A stretch of 64,000 nt of DNA from Bdellovibrionales bacterium (GTDB taxonomy: Bacteria > Bdellovibrionota > Bdellovibrionia > Bdellovibrionales > JAUICD01), in contig OZ241914.1 in the NCBI GenBank assembly GCA_965203875.1, positions 461,209 to 525,208 of the forward strand, written 5' to 3'. The translations under genes and the position numbers were made by a program. The stretch's first letter is position 1. Each line of letters begins with the position of its first letter. The notes below the pieces were generated by a model. That model was not told the origin of the DNA, made no database searches, and saw nothing but the letters and a program-made list of their open reading frames with translations. Shown here one piece after another: positions 28,988-39,474 of this stretch.

Positions 28988-30421
28988 ATGTCTGTTGAAC
29001 TAAAAAAGACAAATTATAAATATGGATTTGTTACCAAAATTAACTCGGACACCTTTGATAAGGGTCTGAATGAAGATACTATCCGTGCCATTTCTAACAA
29101 AAAAAATGAACCCAAGTTTTTGTTAGATTATAGGCTAGAAGCGTTCAGCATTTGGAAAAAGATGAAAGAGCCATCCTGGGCACATCTGAATTATCCAAAG
29201 ATAGATTACCAGAATATAAGTTACTACTCTGCTCCTAAATCTTCTAAAAAAGACGGCCCTAAGTCTTTGGATGAAGTTGATCCGGAGCTTTTAAAAACTT
29301 TTAAAAAATTAGGTATACCTTTAAGTGAGCAAAAAAGACTAACAGGCGTTGCAGTTGATGTTGTGTTTGATAGCGTATCAATAGGAACAACTTACAAAAA
29401 AGATTTAGAAAAATGTGGAGTAATATTTTGTTCTTTTTCCGAAGCGGTGCAAACTCATCCTGAATTAATACAAAAATATTTAAGCAGCGTAGTGCCTATT
29501 CGTGATAACTTTTTTGCATGCTTAAATGCTGCGGTTTTTAGTGACGGATCTTTTTGTTATATTCCAAAAGGTGTACGCTGTCCTATGGATCTTTCTACTT
29601 ATTTTAGAATTAACGCTGACGAAACTGGTCAGTTTGAACGGACTTTGGTTATTGCAGAGGAGGGTAGTTTTGTAAACTATCTAGAAGGTTGTACCGCTCC
29701 AATGTATGATAGTAATCAATTACATGCTGCTGTTGTGGAATTAGTTGCTCATAAAAACGCAGAAATAAATTACTCAACGGTTCAAAACTGGTATTCAGGA
29801 GATAAAAACGGAGTAGGTGGTGTATACAATTTTGTTACTAAAAGAGGTAAGTGCCTTGGCTCTGGTTCCAGAATAACTTGGACTCAAGTCGAAGCAGGTT
29901 CTGCTATAACATGGAAATATCCAAGCTGTATTTTGCAAGGGGACAACTCTTCAGGAGCATTTTATTCTGTCGCACTCACAAACGGCAAAATGCAGGCAGA
30001 CACCGGAACTAAAATGATTCATATAGGTAAGAATACCAAAAGTACTATTATATCAAAAGGTATATCAGCAGATGAATCTTCTAATTCATACAGAGGTTTG
30101 GTTAAAATTTTACCATCGGCTGAAGGTGCTAGAAATTATTCTCAATGTGACTCTATGTTGGTAGATAATGCATGTCAGGCAAATACCTATCCTTATACTG
30201 AAGTAAAAAACAGTACAGCCATATTGGAGCATGAAGCCAGTACAACTAAAATTAGTGAAGATCAAATTTTTTATCTACAGAGCAGAGGTTTGAGCATGGA
30301 AGAAACTATATCTGTTCTAGTGAATGGTTTTTGCAAAGACATTTTTAAAAAACTTCCACTTGAATTTTCTCAAGAAGCAGTAAAGCTAATTGAACTTAAA
30401 CTAGAAAACAGTGTTGGATAA
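28988..30421 (+). CDS. sufB: Fe-S cluster assembly protein SufB
   Basis: 477 aa with typical SufB core (...[23 protein letters not shown]...) and sufBCDS gene order. Confidence 0.9.
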   Translation: MSVELKKTNYKYGFVTKINSDTFDKGLNEDTIRAISNKKNEPKFLLDYRLEAFSIWKKMKEPSWAHLNYPKIDYQNISYYSAPKSSKKDGPKSLDEVDPELLKTFKKLGIPLSEQKRLTGVAVDVVFDSVSIGTTYKKDLEKCGVIFCSFSEAVQTHPELIQKYLSSVVPIRDNFFACLNAAVFSDGSFCYIPKGVRCPMDLSTYFRINADETGQFERTLVIAEEGSFVNYLEGCTAPMYDSNQLHAAVVELVAHKNAEINYSTVQNWYSGDKNGVGGVYNFVTKRGKCLGSGSRITWTQVEAGSAITWKYPSCILQGDNSSGAFYSVALTNGKMQADTGTKMIHIGKNTKSTIISKGISADESSNSYRGLVKILPSAEGARNYSQCDSMLVDNACQANTYPYTEVKNSTAILEHEASTTKISEDQIFYLQSRGLSMEETISVLVNGFCKDIFKKLPLEFSQEAVKLIELKLENSVG

Positions 30422-30424
30422 CTC

Positions 30425-31189
30425 ATGCTACACATAAAAAACTTAAACGTAGACATTGGTGATGAAAATATTCTAAACAACTTGTCGTTAAATGTAAAAA
30501 AAGGAGAAGTTCATGCTGTAATGGGCCCCAACGGCTCTGGTAAAAGCACATTGGCTAAAGTTGTATCAGGGCATCCTGGATACCAAGTAACAAATGGAAG
30601 TATAGAATTTAAGGTAGGCAACAAAACAAAAGATGTTCTACAGATGGATACAGACCTTAGATCAAAGACAGGAATTTTCACTGCTTTTCAATACCCTATC
30701 ACTATATCAAACTTAACTAATTTTAAATTTTTCCATAGTTTTTTTAGTTCACATTGTGCATATCAAGGTATAGACAGTATGAATGAAGAAGCGTTCAAAA
30801 AATATGTAATAAACCTTTTGCCGAAAGTTAATATAGATAAAGAATTTTTAGAAAGAAATGTTAATGATGGCTTTTCAGGCGGAGAAAGAAAAAAGAATGA
30901 AATTTTACAAATGCTATTAATGAAACCAAAGCTAGTTATTTTGGATGAAATTGATTCTGGATTGGATATAGATTCTTTAAAGGTTATATCTAATTGTATC
31001 AATGAATACAGATCAAAGGATAACGCTGTTGTGATGATCACTCACTATCAGAGAATTTTAAATTATGTAAAACCTGATTATGTACATATCATCTATGACG
31101 GTTCCATAGTAAAAACAGGTGATATAAAGTTATCTCATCAAATTGAAGAACAAGGTTACGAAAAAGCTATCCAGATTAAGGGACATTAG
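30425..31189 (+). CDS. sufC: Fe-S cluster assembly ATPase SufC
   Basis: Walker A GPNGSGKST, signature FSGGERKKNE and Walker B LVILDEIDSGLD. Confidence 0.9.
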   Translation: MLHIKNLNVDIGDENILNNLSLNVKKGEVHAVMGPNGSGKSTLAKVVSGHPGYQVTNGSIEFKVGNKTKDVLQMDTDLRSKTGIFTAFQYPITISNLTNFKFFHSFFSSHCAYQGIDSMNEEAFKKYVINLLPKVNIDKEFLERNVNDGFSGGERKKNEILQMLLMKPKLVILDEIDSGLDIDSLKVISNCINEYRSKDNAVVMITHYQRILNYVKPDYVHIIYDGSIVKTGDIKLSHQIEEQGYEKAIQIKGH

Positions 31190-32327
31190 TTTGAGTTTTG
31201 TCAAAACTGCAATAGATTTTATAAAGCCATCTTGGGATATTAAAGATACCTCTTTTGAATTCCCGCCTAAGTCAGAGGAATGGAAGTATACTAGGCTTAG
31301 CAATTTAAATGAGTTTAAACCAGAGCAAATAATGAATCTGGGACATGCATTCCTTACATCAAATAATAGAATTATTTTCGAAGACTCCAAGCTAATCGAA
31401 AACACCAGTAAGAGGAATGTGATTCATCTTACTAAAGAGGCATCCTTTAGAGATATTTCTTATGTCAATGACGATGCTGTGAACAAACTCAATCAGATAA
31501 TTTGTAGACATAGTTATCAAATGAACTTTGCAAAATCGAATTATTCTGTATCAAGTATATGCTCTGTAGGCAGAGGAATATCAGGTACTAGAATTTATTC
31601 CACAATATATCCTAATGTGAATGCTAACTTATGCTTTCTTCCTAACGCCATAGGTGTGACATGTAATGTTTTTAATTTTGATTTAAAGGAAGGTAGTACT
31701 CTTAACTTTTATAATTTAGAAGAGATAAACGGTACTTATCTTAATCAATACATATTTAATCTATCAAAAAATTCATGTTTGAATTTTGTGAATGTTGCTT
31801 TTGGCACTGGCACTTCTAGGTTGAACGGTATTTTTAACTTAAATGATGAATCTGCTACTTTGAATCTTGGTTCTATATGTTGCACTTATGAAAGAGCACA
31901 CGTAGATAATCATTTCTATATACATCATAACGCACCTAATACCTATAGTAATATTGATGCCAGAAGCATTTTGTCAGATACATCCAGATATGTATACAAT
32001 GGTTTGGTATTAGTTGATAAAAAATCTGATGGAACAGATTCGGATCAGATAAACAGAAACATCTTGTTAAACAATGGTGCAACCGTTAATGCAAAACCTG
32101 AACTTAAAATTTTTGCTGATGATGTAAAGGCAAAACATGGATCAACTACAGGGCGTATTGAAAATGAAGAATTATTTTATATGTGTACTAGAGGTTTGGA
32201 TCAAAAAACAGCAACCAAGTTGATACTAAGTGGATACATAACAGGTATAACAGAAAAAATAAATTATGATCTTCGTCAACCTGTAGACAAAAAATTATTA
32301 GATGTTTTAGATGAGAACCTCAAGTAA
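31143..32327 (+). CDS. sufD: Fe-S cluster assembly protein SufD
   Basis: Position in the operon and C-terminal SufD pattern ...KPELKIFADDVKAKHGSTTGRIENEELFYMCTRGL. The true start may be the TTG at 31191, just after the sufC stop. Confidence 0.8.
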   Translation: MKNKVTKKLSRLRDISLSFVKTAIDFIKPSWDIKDTSFEFPPKSEEWKYTRLSNLNEFKPEQIMNLGHAFLTSNNRIIFEDSKLIENTSKRNVIHLTKEASFRDISYVNDDAVNKLNQIICRHSYQMNFAKSNYSVSSICSVGRGISGTRIYSTIYPNVNANLCFLPNAIGVTCNVFNFDLKEGSTLNFYNLEEINGTYLNQYIFNLSKNSCLNFVNVAFGTGTSRLNGIFNLNDESATLNLGSICCTYERAHVDNHFYIHHNAPNTYSNIDARSILSDTSRYVYNGLVLVDKKSDGTDSDQINRNILLNNGATVNAKPELKIFADDVKAKHGSTTGRIENEELFYMCTRGLDQKTATKLILSGYITGITEKINYDLRQPVDKKLLDVLDENLK

Positions 32328-33523
32328 TGAATGAATTTATAAAAAATCAATTTCCAATGTTAAGTACTAAAATTGATTCAAAAAGATTAGTATACCTAGA
32401 TAGTGCTGCTACCAATTTAAAACCAAAACAAGTTGTGGATAGAATCTGCCAGCATTATCTTGAGGAATCTTCCAACGTACATCGTGGTGTACATAGTTTG
32501 AGTCAAAATGCCACTGACTTATATGAATCTGCAAGAAAAGAGTTAAGCAATTTTATAAATTCATCTTGTCCAGAGCAAATTATTTTTTCTAAAGGAAGTA
32601 CAGAATCATTAAACATGCTTGCCAGTTGTCTTACTTTATCTAGTAGTGATGAAATCTTACTTACAGAGATGGAGCACCATTCTAATATTGTCCCTTGGCT
32701 TAATTTATCCAAAAAAACTGGATGCAAAGTTAAATTTTTACCGGTTCTTAGTAACGGAAAGTTGGATTTAAAAAATTTAAATAAATTTTTAAATAAAAAG
32801 ACAAAAATTTTTTCATTCACCTATATTTCTAATGTTTTAGGCGTTAGAAATGACGTTGAATTTTTAATACGAGAATCTAATAAAGTAAGAGCTATAACAG
32901 TGGTGGATGCAGCACAAGCTTTGGCTCATATTCCTATTGACGTTGGTAAATTAAACTGCGATTTTTTAGTTGCCTCTAGTCATAAATGTTTTGGACCTAC
33001 AGGAGTGGGATTTTTGTATGGGAAAAAAGAGCATCTAGATAGGTTAGAACCATATCAATTTGGTGGAGCTATGATTGATACTGTCACAAAAGAAAATTTT
33101 ACTTTAACTGATATTCCTCATAGGTTTGAAGCCGGCACACCTAACATTGCTGGGGTTATAGGATTTGCTGAAGCCATAAAGTTTGTAAAAAAAATATCTT
33201 TTGATGCAATTAAAAATTATGAGCTGGAACTTACTAAATATGCAAAAAAAGAACTAAACAAGGTGCGTGACCTTAGAATCTTGGCAGAGCCTGATGAGCC
33301 GATAATATCTTTTGTTATAGATGGATGTCACCATTTAGACATAGGCGAACTTTTAAATAGCCACGGGGTTGCAACTAGGGTTGGGCATCATTGCTGTCAG
33401 CCTTTGATGGATAGTTTAGGTATAGCTGGAACTGTTAGAATTTCAATGAGTGTATATAATTTGAAAGAGGATATAGATAAATTGGTTGAGGCTTTACATG
33501 ATTCTGTATCCTTGTTATCTTAA
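32327..33523 (+). CDS. sufS: Cysteine desulfurase SufS
   Basis: PLP-lysine context ASSHKCFGPTGVGFLYG and catalytic Cys context RVGHHCCQP. Confidence 0.9.
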   Translation: MNEFIKNQFPMLSTKIDSKRLVYLDSAATNLKPKQVVDRICQHYLEESSNVHRGVHSLSQNATDLYESARKELSNFINSSCPEQIIFSKGSTESLNMLASCLTLSSSDEILLTEMEHHSNIVPWLNLSKKTGCKVKFLPVLSNGKLDLKNLNKFLNKKTKIFSFTYISNVLGVRNDVEFLIRESNKVRAITVVDAAQALAHIPIDVGKLNCDFLVASSHKCFGPTGVGFLYGKKEHLDRLEPYQFGGAMIDTVTKENFTLTDIPHRFEAGTPNIAGVIGFAEAIKFVKKISFDAIKNYELELTKYAKKELNKVRDLRILAEPDEPIISFVIDGCHHLDIGELLNSHGVATRVGHHCCQPLMDSLGIAGTVRISMSVYNLKEDIDKLVEALHDSVSLLS

Positions 33524-33529
33524 GGTGTT

Positions 33530-34087
33530 ATGGCTAAAGATATTTTAATAGAGCCTACCCCTAATCCACATGCACTTAAATTTGTATCGGATAAAGATGT
33601 TATAAGTGAAGGAAAGGCTACATTTAATGATGTAACTGAGTGTGATGATATTGTTTTAGTGAGAGATATTCTTTCTATCAAAGGAGTTACACAAGTTCAT
33701 TTATTTGAAAACGTTATTAGCGTTACTAAAAGCGAAGATGTGGTTTGGGATGACTTAACCAATAGCATAGAGTCTGTAATCATGACTAGATTACCAGCTC
33801 ATAACATTAACTTTAATAAAAAAAATGTTGAAAAAGAAGCTCATAGAAGACAAAACTTGCCTCTTGAAGTTAGACAGATAGAGGATATCTTGGATGAAAC
33901 TATTAGATCAGGTTTGAAAGCTGATGGTGGTGATATACAGGTGTTGGAATTGGCAGATAATAGATTGTATGTAAAATATGAGGGAGCTTGTGGTACCTGT
34001 CCTAGTGCTACCACTGGTACACTTTATGTTATAGAGGCAATTTTAAGAGACAGGTTTAACCCTGAAATAACAGTAGTTGCAGTATAA
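33530..34087 (+). CDS. NifU/Nfu-type Fe-S scaffold protein
   Basis: An Nfu N-domain plus a C-terminal NifU domain with CGTCPSA. Confidence 0.8.
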   Translation: MAKDILIEPTPNPHALKFVSDKDVISEGKATFNDVTECDDIVLVRDILSIKGVTQVHLFENVISVTKSEDVVWDDLTNSIESVIMTRLPAHNINFNKKNVEKEAHRRQNLPLEVRQIEDILDETIRSGLKADGGDIQVLELADNRLYVKYEGACGTCPSATTGTLYVIEAILRDRFNPEITVVAV

Positions 34088-34288
34088 GAGTAAATTACAT
34101 ATAAGAATAACCTAACCTATCAGTAACATAGGCTTAATTGTCATGAGCTTATATTTTTTACAATCTGATTTATTTTTGCACTGAATCATATGTATCTGTA
34201 TTATAATCGGGCAACGTTTTTCCAGTACGTAGAATTGGATGAGGCGTCAATAGGATAAGGTATTAGTACAACTCAACTAAGGATTTTT

Positions 34289-34939
34289 ATGAAAAAGCTA
34301 ACTTTATTAATAATTTGTTTTCTTGTATCGAGTGTTCATGCTCAAGATAGAGCTGGGTTGTTCGATCAAGTGTCCGATCAAGATGGTTATACTTTGTTGA
34401 TGGACGCAGCAAAGAATAATGATGTTAGTGCGATAAGAGCGTTGTTGAAAGAAGAAGATACAGATGTCAACTTACAAGACATAAATGGCTTTACAGCACT
34501 GATTCATGCGGCACGAAATGACAATGTTGATGCAGTAAGGGAGTTAGCAAAGGTAGAGGGTATAGATCCCAACTTGCAAGACATGTATGGTGATACTGCA
34601 TTGATAAATGCAGTATATGGTCGTGACGTTAATTTAGTAAGAGAATTATTAAATATAAAAAGTACAAACATTAACTTACGCAATGGTCACGGTTACACTG
34701 CTTTAATGGTTGAAGCAGAACTTGAGTACGATCAGAATTCCAAGCATATTATGAGAATGTTAATTGAATTTGCAGCTAACCCTGAACGGGAGACTTACGA
34801 AGCATATATCAAGATGGAACATATCAATGGTGTAATTTATGACCTTACTGTGAACACAACTTATCCTTGCGAGGAGGTCATTGAACTAGTAAACCTTTTG
34901 ATCATCCGTACGAGGAGGGGGCCACGGAAGTGGGACTAG
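34289..34939 (+). CDS. Secreted ankyrin-repeat protein
   Basis: Signal ...VSSVHA, with repeats such as DGYTLLMDAAKNNDVSAIRALL and NGFTALIHAARNDNVDAVRELA. Confidence 0.85.
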   Translation: MKKLTLLIICFLVSSVHAQDRAGLFDQVSDQDGYTLLMDAAKNNDVSAIRALLKEEDTDVNLQDINGFTALIHAARNDNVDAVRELAKVEGIDPNLQDMYGDTALINAVYGRDVNLVRELLNIKSTNINLRNGHGYTALMVEAELEYDQNSKHIMRMLIEFAANPERETYEAYIKMEHINGVIYDLTVNTTYPCEEVIELVNLLIIRTRRGPRKWD

Positions 34940-35076
34940 TATGCTTTTGGAACACAACTCATAATAAGTAATTGTTGAAATAACATTAACTTGTCCATCT
35001 ATAACACCTAGTAAAAGATACAATTAACTTCTTAACGCTTGATAGAGTAGTTATTAATAAATTACAATCAAGGCAA

Positions 35077-36489
35077 ATGAATATGAAATTCCGAATCCAA
35101 AAAATAAACATCTTGTTGTTACTACTTAGCCTTGGTGTTGTGTCTTTAAAAGATACTCATGTAAAAGCAGATCAACAAGATCAAGATGGTTATACTTTGT
35201 TGATGTACGCAGCAAAGAATAACGACGTTAGTGCTGTGAGAGCATTATTGAGAGCAGAAGATACAGACGTCAATGCACAAGATAAATCTGGTTATACAGC
35301 ATTAATTCATGCAGCACAAAATGATAGCGTTGGGGCATTAAGAGAGTTGGCTAAGGCAGATGGTACAGAAGCTAACTTGCAAGGGAAGTATGATGGTTTT
35401 ACTGCGTTGATGCATTCGGCAAAAAATAATAATAGTAATGCAATAAGAGAGTTAGCGAAAATAGAAGGTATAGATCCTAACATACAAGATATGGATGGCT
35501 ACACGGCTTTGATGCATGCAGCAGCTAACAACAGCGTTAATGCAATAAGAGAATTGGGAAAGATAGAAGGTATAGACCCTAACATACATGAAGAAGGATA
35601 TAACTACACTGCACTGATGTTGTCAGTACGATTCGAATCACCAGATTACGATAATAGTGCGTTGAGTGAGTTATTGAAGATAGAAGGCATAGACGCTAAT
35701 TCACAGGATAAGTCTTATCACACAGCATTGTTTCATGCAGTATGGGCTAACCTACCTGATGCTGTAAAAAAATTATCTAGGGTGGAAGGCATAGACGCTA
35801 ATGTACAGGATAGATATGATGGTTACACTGCTTTGATGGCCGCAGCACAACTTTATTATGGTGGTGGTGCAATAATAAAAGAGTTAAAAAAGATAGAAGG
35901 AATAGATGTCAACTTACAAGACAAAAATGGCTTTACAGCACTGATTCATGCAGCACAGAATAATGTTGGTAACAGTAACAATAACAGTAATATGGCAAGA
36001 GAATTGTTGAAGATAGAGGGTATAGATATTAACTTGCAAGATGGACGTGGTTATACAGCGCTGACGCATGCAGTGTTTCACAGCAATATTGATGTAGTAG
36101 AAGAGCTGAGAAATGTAGAAGGTATAGACGCTAACTTACAAGGTAAGGATGATGGTAATACAGCGTTGATGTTTGCGGCACATGCAGCCCTAAATAATGA
36201 CATAAGTATACTGGAGGAGTTGTTGTGGATAAAAGGTATAAACGTTAATTTGCAAGACAAAAACGGTAACACTGTTTTATCGCTTGCAATTGCACTTAAG
36301 TGTGAGGAAAGTTCCAATGACTTTATAAAGGCATTAGTTGATGCTGGAAGAACTAATTTGGAACTTAGGTTTTCTGAGGATAGTATTAATCAAGGGATTG
36401 CTAATCTTGTGGCAGATGATTTGTGTTCTGATGAAGATAAACGTGAATTAATAAGCTTCTTGCAGAACGCATATACAAATAATAATTGA
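35077..36489 (+). CDS. Secreted ankyrin-repeat protein (about 11 repeats)
   Basis: A signal peptide, then a reiterated G(Y/F)TALMHAA.NN..NAIRELAKIEGIDPN unit. Confidence 0.88.
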   Translation: MNMKFRIQKINILLLLLSLGVVSLKDTHVKADQQDQDGYTLLMYAAKNNDVSAVRALLRAEDTDVNAQDKSGYTALIHAAQNDSVGALRELAKADGTEANLQGKYDGFTALMHSAKNNNSNAIRELAKIEGIDPNIQDMDGYTALMHAAANNSVNAIRELGKIEGIDPNIHEEGYNYTALMLSVRFESPDYDNSALSELLKIEGIDANSQDKSYHTALFHAVWANLPDAVKKLSRVEGIDANVQDRYDGYTALMAAAQLYYGGGAIIKELKKIEGIDVNLQDKNGFTALIHAAQNNVGNSNNNSNMARELLKIEGIDINLQDGRGYTALTHAVFHSNIDVVEELRNVEGIDANLQGKDDGNTALMFAAHAALNNDISILEELLWIKGINVNLQDKNGNTVLSLAIALKCEESSNDFIKALVDAGRTNLELRFSEDSINQGIANLVADDLCSDEDKRELISFLQNAYTNNN

Positions 36490-36540
36490 AATAATACTAG
36501 CTTATTTACTCTTAGCATTAGGCAAACCACCTGTTTTATC
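36342..36540. repeat. 199-bp direct repeat, copy 1 (ankyrin 3' end + intergenic + MTase 3' end)
   Basis: Identical to 37911..38109 except for one mismatch (T36402 vs C37971). The offset is 1569 bp. Confidence 0.95.
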
Positions 36541-37464
36541 TTTATTGCATGAATCTAAGTGCATCTGTTTAGATTGTTCATATTTTCTTTGGTAAAGGGT
36601 GTCGACAGACTTATCAAAATCACTTATCACATTTTCATGACGGTTTAGGAACCAGTTTTTATGATTCTCTATGTATTTTAGTCTGATAGATTCTTTATTC
36701 AGATCAAGTGGAATACGTTGCATTCTTAGATCTATACTATCAAAACCTGAAAATTTTCTTTGTAAACGTTCTTTGGACATTTTAACATAATCAGGGTTAA
36801 GTTCAATACCAACGCCAGTTCTGTAGAGTTGCTGACAAACTCTTAATGTTGTTCCACTACCTAGAAATGGATCTAAAATTACAGACCCTCTGCAACTTGA
36901 GGCTAGTATCATGCGTTCAATTAAACCTTCAGGTTTTTGAGTGGGGTGAGGTTGTCTATTTTTATTACAATAATGAACATGTGAAAATGTCCAAACATCC
37001 CCCGGGTTTGCGCCTCTCATATTATTGCGGTCACGATAATACTTTTGAGGTACTCTTACATTGTCTAAGTTAAAAATAAAATTTTCTGTTTTTGTAAACA
37101 TTAAGATATCATCATGGCGAGGTGAAAACCCTTTCTTTTTACCAATTCCCTGAGTGTAATGCCAAACAATCCAACTATTAAAAAACATATTGAAGTCTCT
37201 ATCCAGCAAGTTATATAGGTAAGATATAAATCGAAATCCCATAAACACATACATAGTTCCAGTAGGTTTCAATAGCCTATAAGCTTCTCTTATCCAGTCT
37301 TTTGAGAAGGCCAAGTATTCTTCAAATGCTTTGATATCATTATTATTTCCATAATTCTTACCTAAATTATAAGGTGGATCTGCAATGATAAGGTCAAAGG
37401 TCTCAGAGGTCATTTTTTTCATCTCATCAACGGAGTTTCCTAAAATAATTTTTTGTTTATTCAT
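36502..37464 (-). CDS. DNA methyltransferase, beta-class (N4/N6)
   Basis: Motif IV LIIADPPYN, then HPTQKP and motif I LDPFLGSGTT. 320 aa. Confidence 0.85.
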   Translation of the reverse strand: MNKQKIILGNSVDEMKKMTSETFDLIIADPPYNLGKNYGNNNDIKAFEEYLAFSKDWIREAYRLLKPTGTMYVFMGFRFISYLYNLLDRDFNMFFNSWIVWHYTQGIGKKKGFSPRHDDILMFTKTENFIFNLDNVRVPQKYYRDRNNMRGANPGDVWTFSHVHYCNKNRQPHPTQKPEGLIERMILASSCRGSVILDPFLGSGTTLRVCQQLYRTGVGIELNPDYVKMSKERLQRKFSGFDSIDLRMQRIPLDLNKESIRLKYIENHKNWFLNRHENVISDFDKSVDTLYQRKYEQSKQMHLDSCNKDKTGGLPNAKSK

Positions 37465-37882
37465 CGAATTTCACCCATTCATGTCTATGAGCCAACTCAA
37501 GCCATTGATTATAAGAACGTTTAGATGACTGAAGATATTTTTGATCTAGTAATTTACAAAAATCCCAAGTAGTCCTTTTCTTGAGTTCAATATAATGAAT
37601 ATCTCTAATTTGGATTTGTCCTGTTCCAAGTGATGGATTATAATTTATATCTTTTGAAGATAAATACTTAAGATCATATGCTCTTTGTGCTATAATTTCC
37701 ATAATCCCATCTATTAATCCTGTACCTTCATTACGAGTTGAGTATACACGGTGCTTTAGAGAAAGTACAACAAAGATATAGTCAGGATCCTTAACATAAG
37801 CTGTACGAATACGAGCATAGGAAGTGATGTTAGGTGATTTTCCACTCTGGACATCAGCAGGGTTTTGGTAGTGTTGTAATGT
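37457..37882 (-). pseudogene. 5'-truncated gene upstream of the MTase (candidate restriction endonuclease remnant)
   Basis: The frame is open for 141 codons, from a stop at 37883..37885 down to 37457. No ATG, GTG or TTG occurs before the internal ATG at 37702. The 3' end overlaps the MTase start by 8 nt. The open frame ends about 25 nt from the direct-repeat junction. Confidence 0.5.
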
Positions 37883-37910
37883 CTAGAAATGTTATAACAA
37901 CATTAATCGG

Positions 37911-38109
37911 TGCTGGAAGAACTAATTTGGAACTTAGGTTTTCTGAGGATAGTATTAATCAAGGGATTGCCAATCTTGTGGCAGATGATTTGTGTTCTGA
38001 TGAAGATAAACGTGAATTAATAAGCTTCTTGCAGAACGCATATACAAATAATAATTGAAATAATACTAGCTTATTTACTCTTAGCATTAGGCAAACCACC
38101 TGTTTTATC
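37911..38109. repeat. 199-bp direct repeat, copy 2
   Basis: See copy 1. It contains a stranded copy of the last 49 ankyrin codons plus the last 13 MTase codons. Confidence 0.95.
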
Positions 38110-38204
38110 AAATATTAGTTAGCTTTTTGTGAAACTAAAAATAGCCATTCACTCTGCTATAAGCTATTCTACATTGCTGAAAACAAATCCTTAAGGACTT
38201 TTTA

Positions 38205-39404
38205 GTGCCGAAGAATCTTTTAATTGTTGCGTTTACAGTATTATTAGACCTTATAGGGTTTGGAATGATTATTCCATTAAGCCCGTACATAGCAAAAGAG
38301 TTCGATGCAACCAGTTTGCAGATTGGACTTCTAATGTCGATATACTCTGTTATGCAATTTTTTTTCTCACCAATTTGGGGAAACATTAGCGATAGAATTG
38401 GAAGAAGGCCAGTACTTCTAATATGCTTGGTAGGTTCATCAATCTCACATATTGCTTTTGCTTTTTCACCAAGTTTGGTGTTTTTATTTTTAGCCAGAGG
38501 TGCTGCTGGGTTATTTGGAAGTACCATGTCAGTAGCAAGTGCATATATTGCTGATCAAACTGATGAAAACTCTAGATCAAAAAACATGGGTTTAATAGGT
38601 GCTGCATTTGGTTTGGGTTTCGTAGTTGGACCCATCATAGCTGGGATATTATCTTATTGGGGAAAGAATTTAGGATTTGAAGGAGCTTTTTTAATAGGTT
38701 TTCCTGCATTGGGTGCATCTCTGATTAATATTTTCAATTTCTTATTTGCCTATTTTAAATTACCAGAAAGCTTGGTCATTGATAAAAACTCTAGTAAAGA
38801 TCGCAAATCTTTTAGCAAAATATTTGAGTTTAATTTAAAGTCGCTTGCAGGAAAAATACTTATAGTGTCTTTAATATTTAGCATTGGCATGGGTCAGATG
38901 GAATCTACTCTAGCTCTACTGGTTAAAGAGGTGTTTAGTTGGTCTGTTATAAATACAAGCTTTGCATTTGGTTATGTAGGCTTAATCCTGGCATTCTCAA
39001 ATGGTGTCTTGCACAGAAAATTAATTCCTATAATGGGTGAAAGGCTGGTGTTGTCAGTTGGCCTTGGGTTAACTGCCGTGGGTATGTTTTTGATCTCAAT
39101 ATCAGATAGTATATATTTTTTATGTGTTGCTGTGAGCTTGTTGGCTATAGGATCAGGTTTAGTTCATCCTAGTATACTTGGAATATTAAGCCTTTCTTTT
39201 CCACAAGACAAACAAGGATTTATAATGGGTGTATATCAAAGCTATGCATCTATAGGGAGGGTTTTAGGCCCTATTGCTGGTGGTTATTTGTTTGATGCTT
39301 TGGGATATAAATCTCCTTATCAGACTTCGGCTGTATATATGTTATTTGCGTTGGTTATTGTTTTATATATCTTTAAAAAAATTCCAACCAAAGGCCTTAG
39401 TTAA
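38205..39404 (+). CDS. MFS transporter (drug:H+ antiporter-like, 12 TM)
   Basis: MFS motif A context GNISDRIGRRPVLL and about 12 hydrophobic segments. Confidence 0.8.
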   Translation: MPKNLLIVAFTVLLDLIGFGMIIPLSPYIAKEFDATSLQIGLLMSIYSVMQFFFSPIWGNISDRIGRRPVLLICLVGSSISHIAFAFSPSLVFLFLARGAAGLFGSTMSVASAYIADQTDENSRSKNMGLIGAAFGLGFVVGPIIAGILSYWGKNLGFEGAFLIGFPALGASLINIFNFLFAYFKLPESLVIDKNSSKDRKSFSKIFEFNLKSLAGKILIVSLIFSIGMGQMESTLALLVKEVFSWSVINTSFAFGYVGLILAFSNGVLHRKLIPIMGERLVLSVGLGLTAVGMFLISISDSIYFLCVAVSLLAIGSGLVHPSILGILSLSFPQDKQGFIMGVYQSYASIGRVLGPIAGGYLFDALGYKSPYQTSAVYMLFALVIVLYIFKKIPTKGLS

Positions 39405-39474
39405 AAATTTAAAGTTTTGCATGGACTAAACACTCTTTAATTTGATAAAAAATTAAAACATTGGAGGTAAGTAA

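Noticed and set aside
31143-31189. 47-nt sufC/sufD overlap as a programmed frameshift or unusual coupling
   Set aside because: It is more simply explained by an over-extended ORF call, since a TTG at 31191 directly follows the sufC stop.
37834-38058. 74-aa ORF as an independent gene
   Set aside because: Its last 49 codons are the duplicated ankyrin C-terminus inside direct-repeat copy 2. The N-terminal part is antisense to the truncated minus-strand frame, so it is treated as a rearrangement by-product.
38135-38527. 130-aa minus-strand ORF overlapping the MFS transporter start
   Set aside because: It is antisense to a clear 12-TM transporter gene and has no supporting motif.
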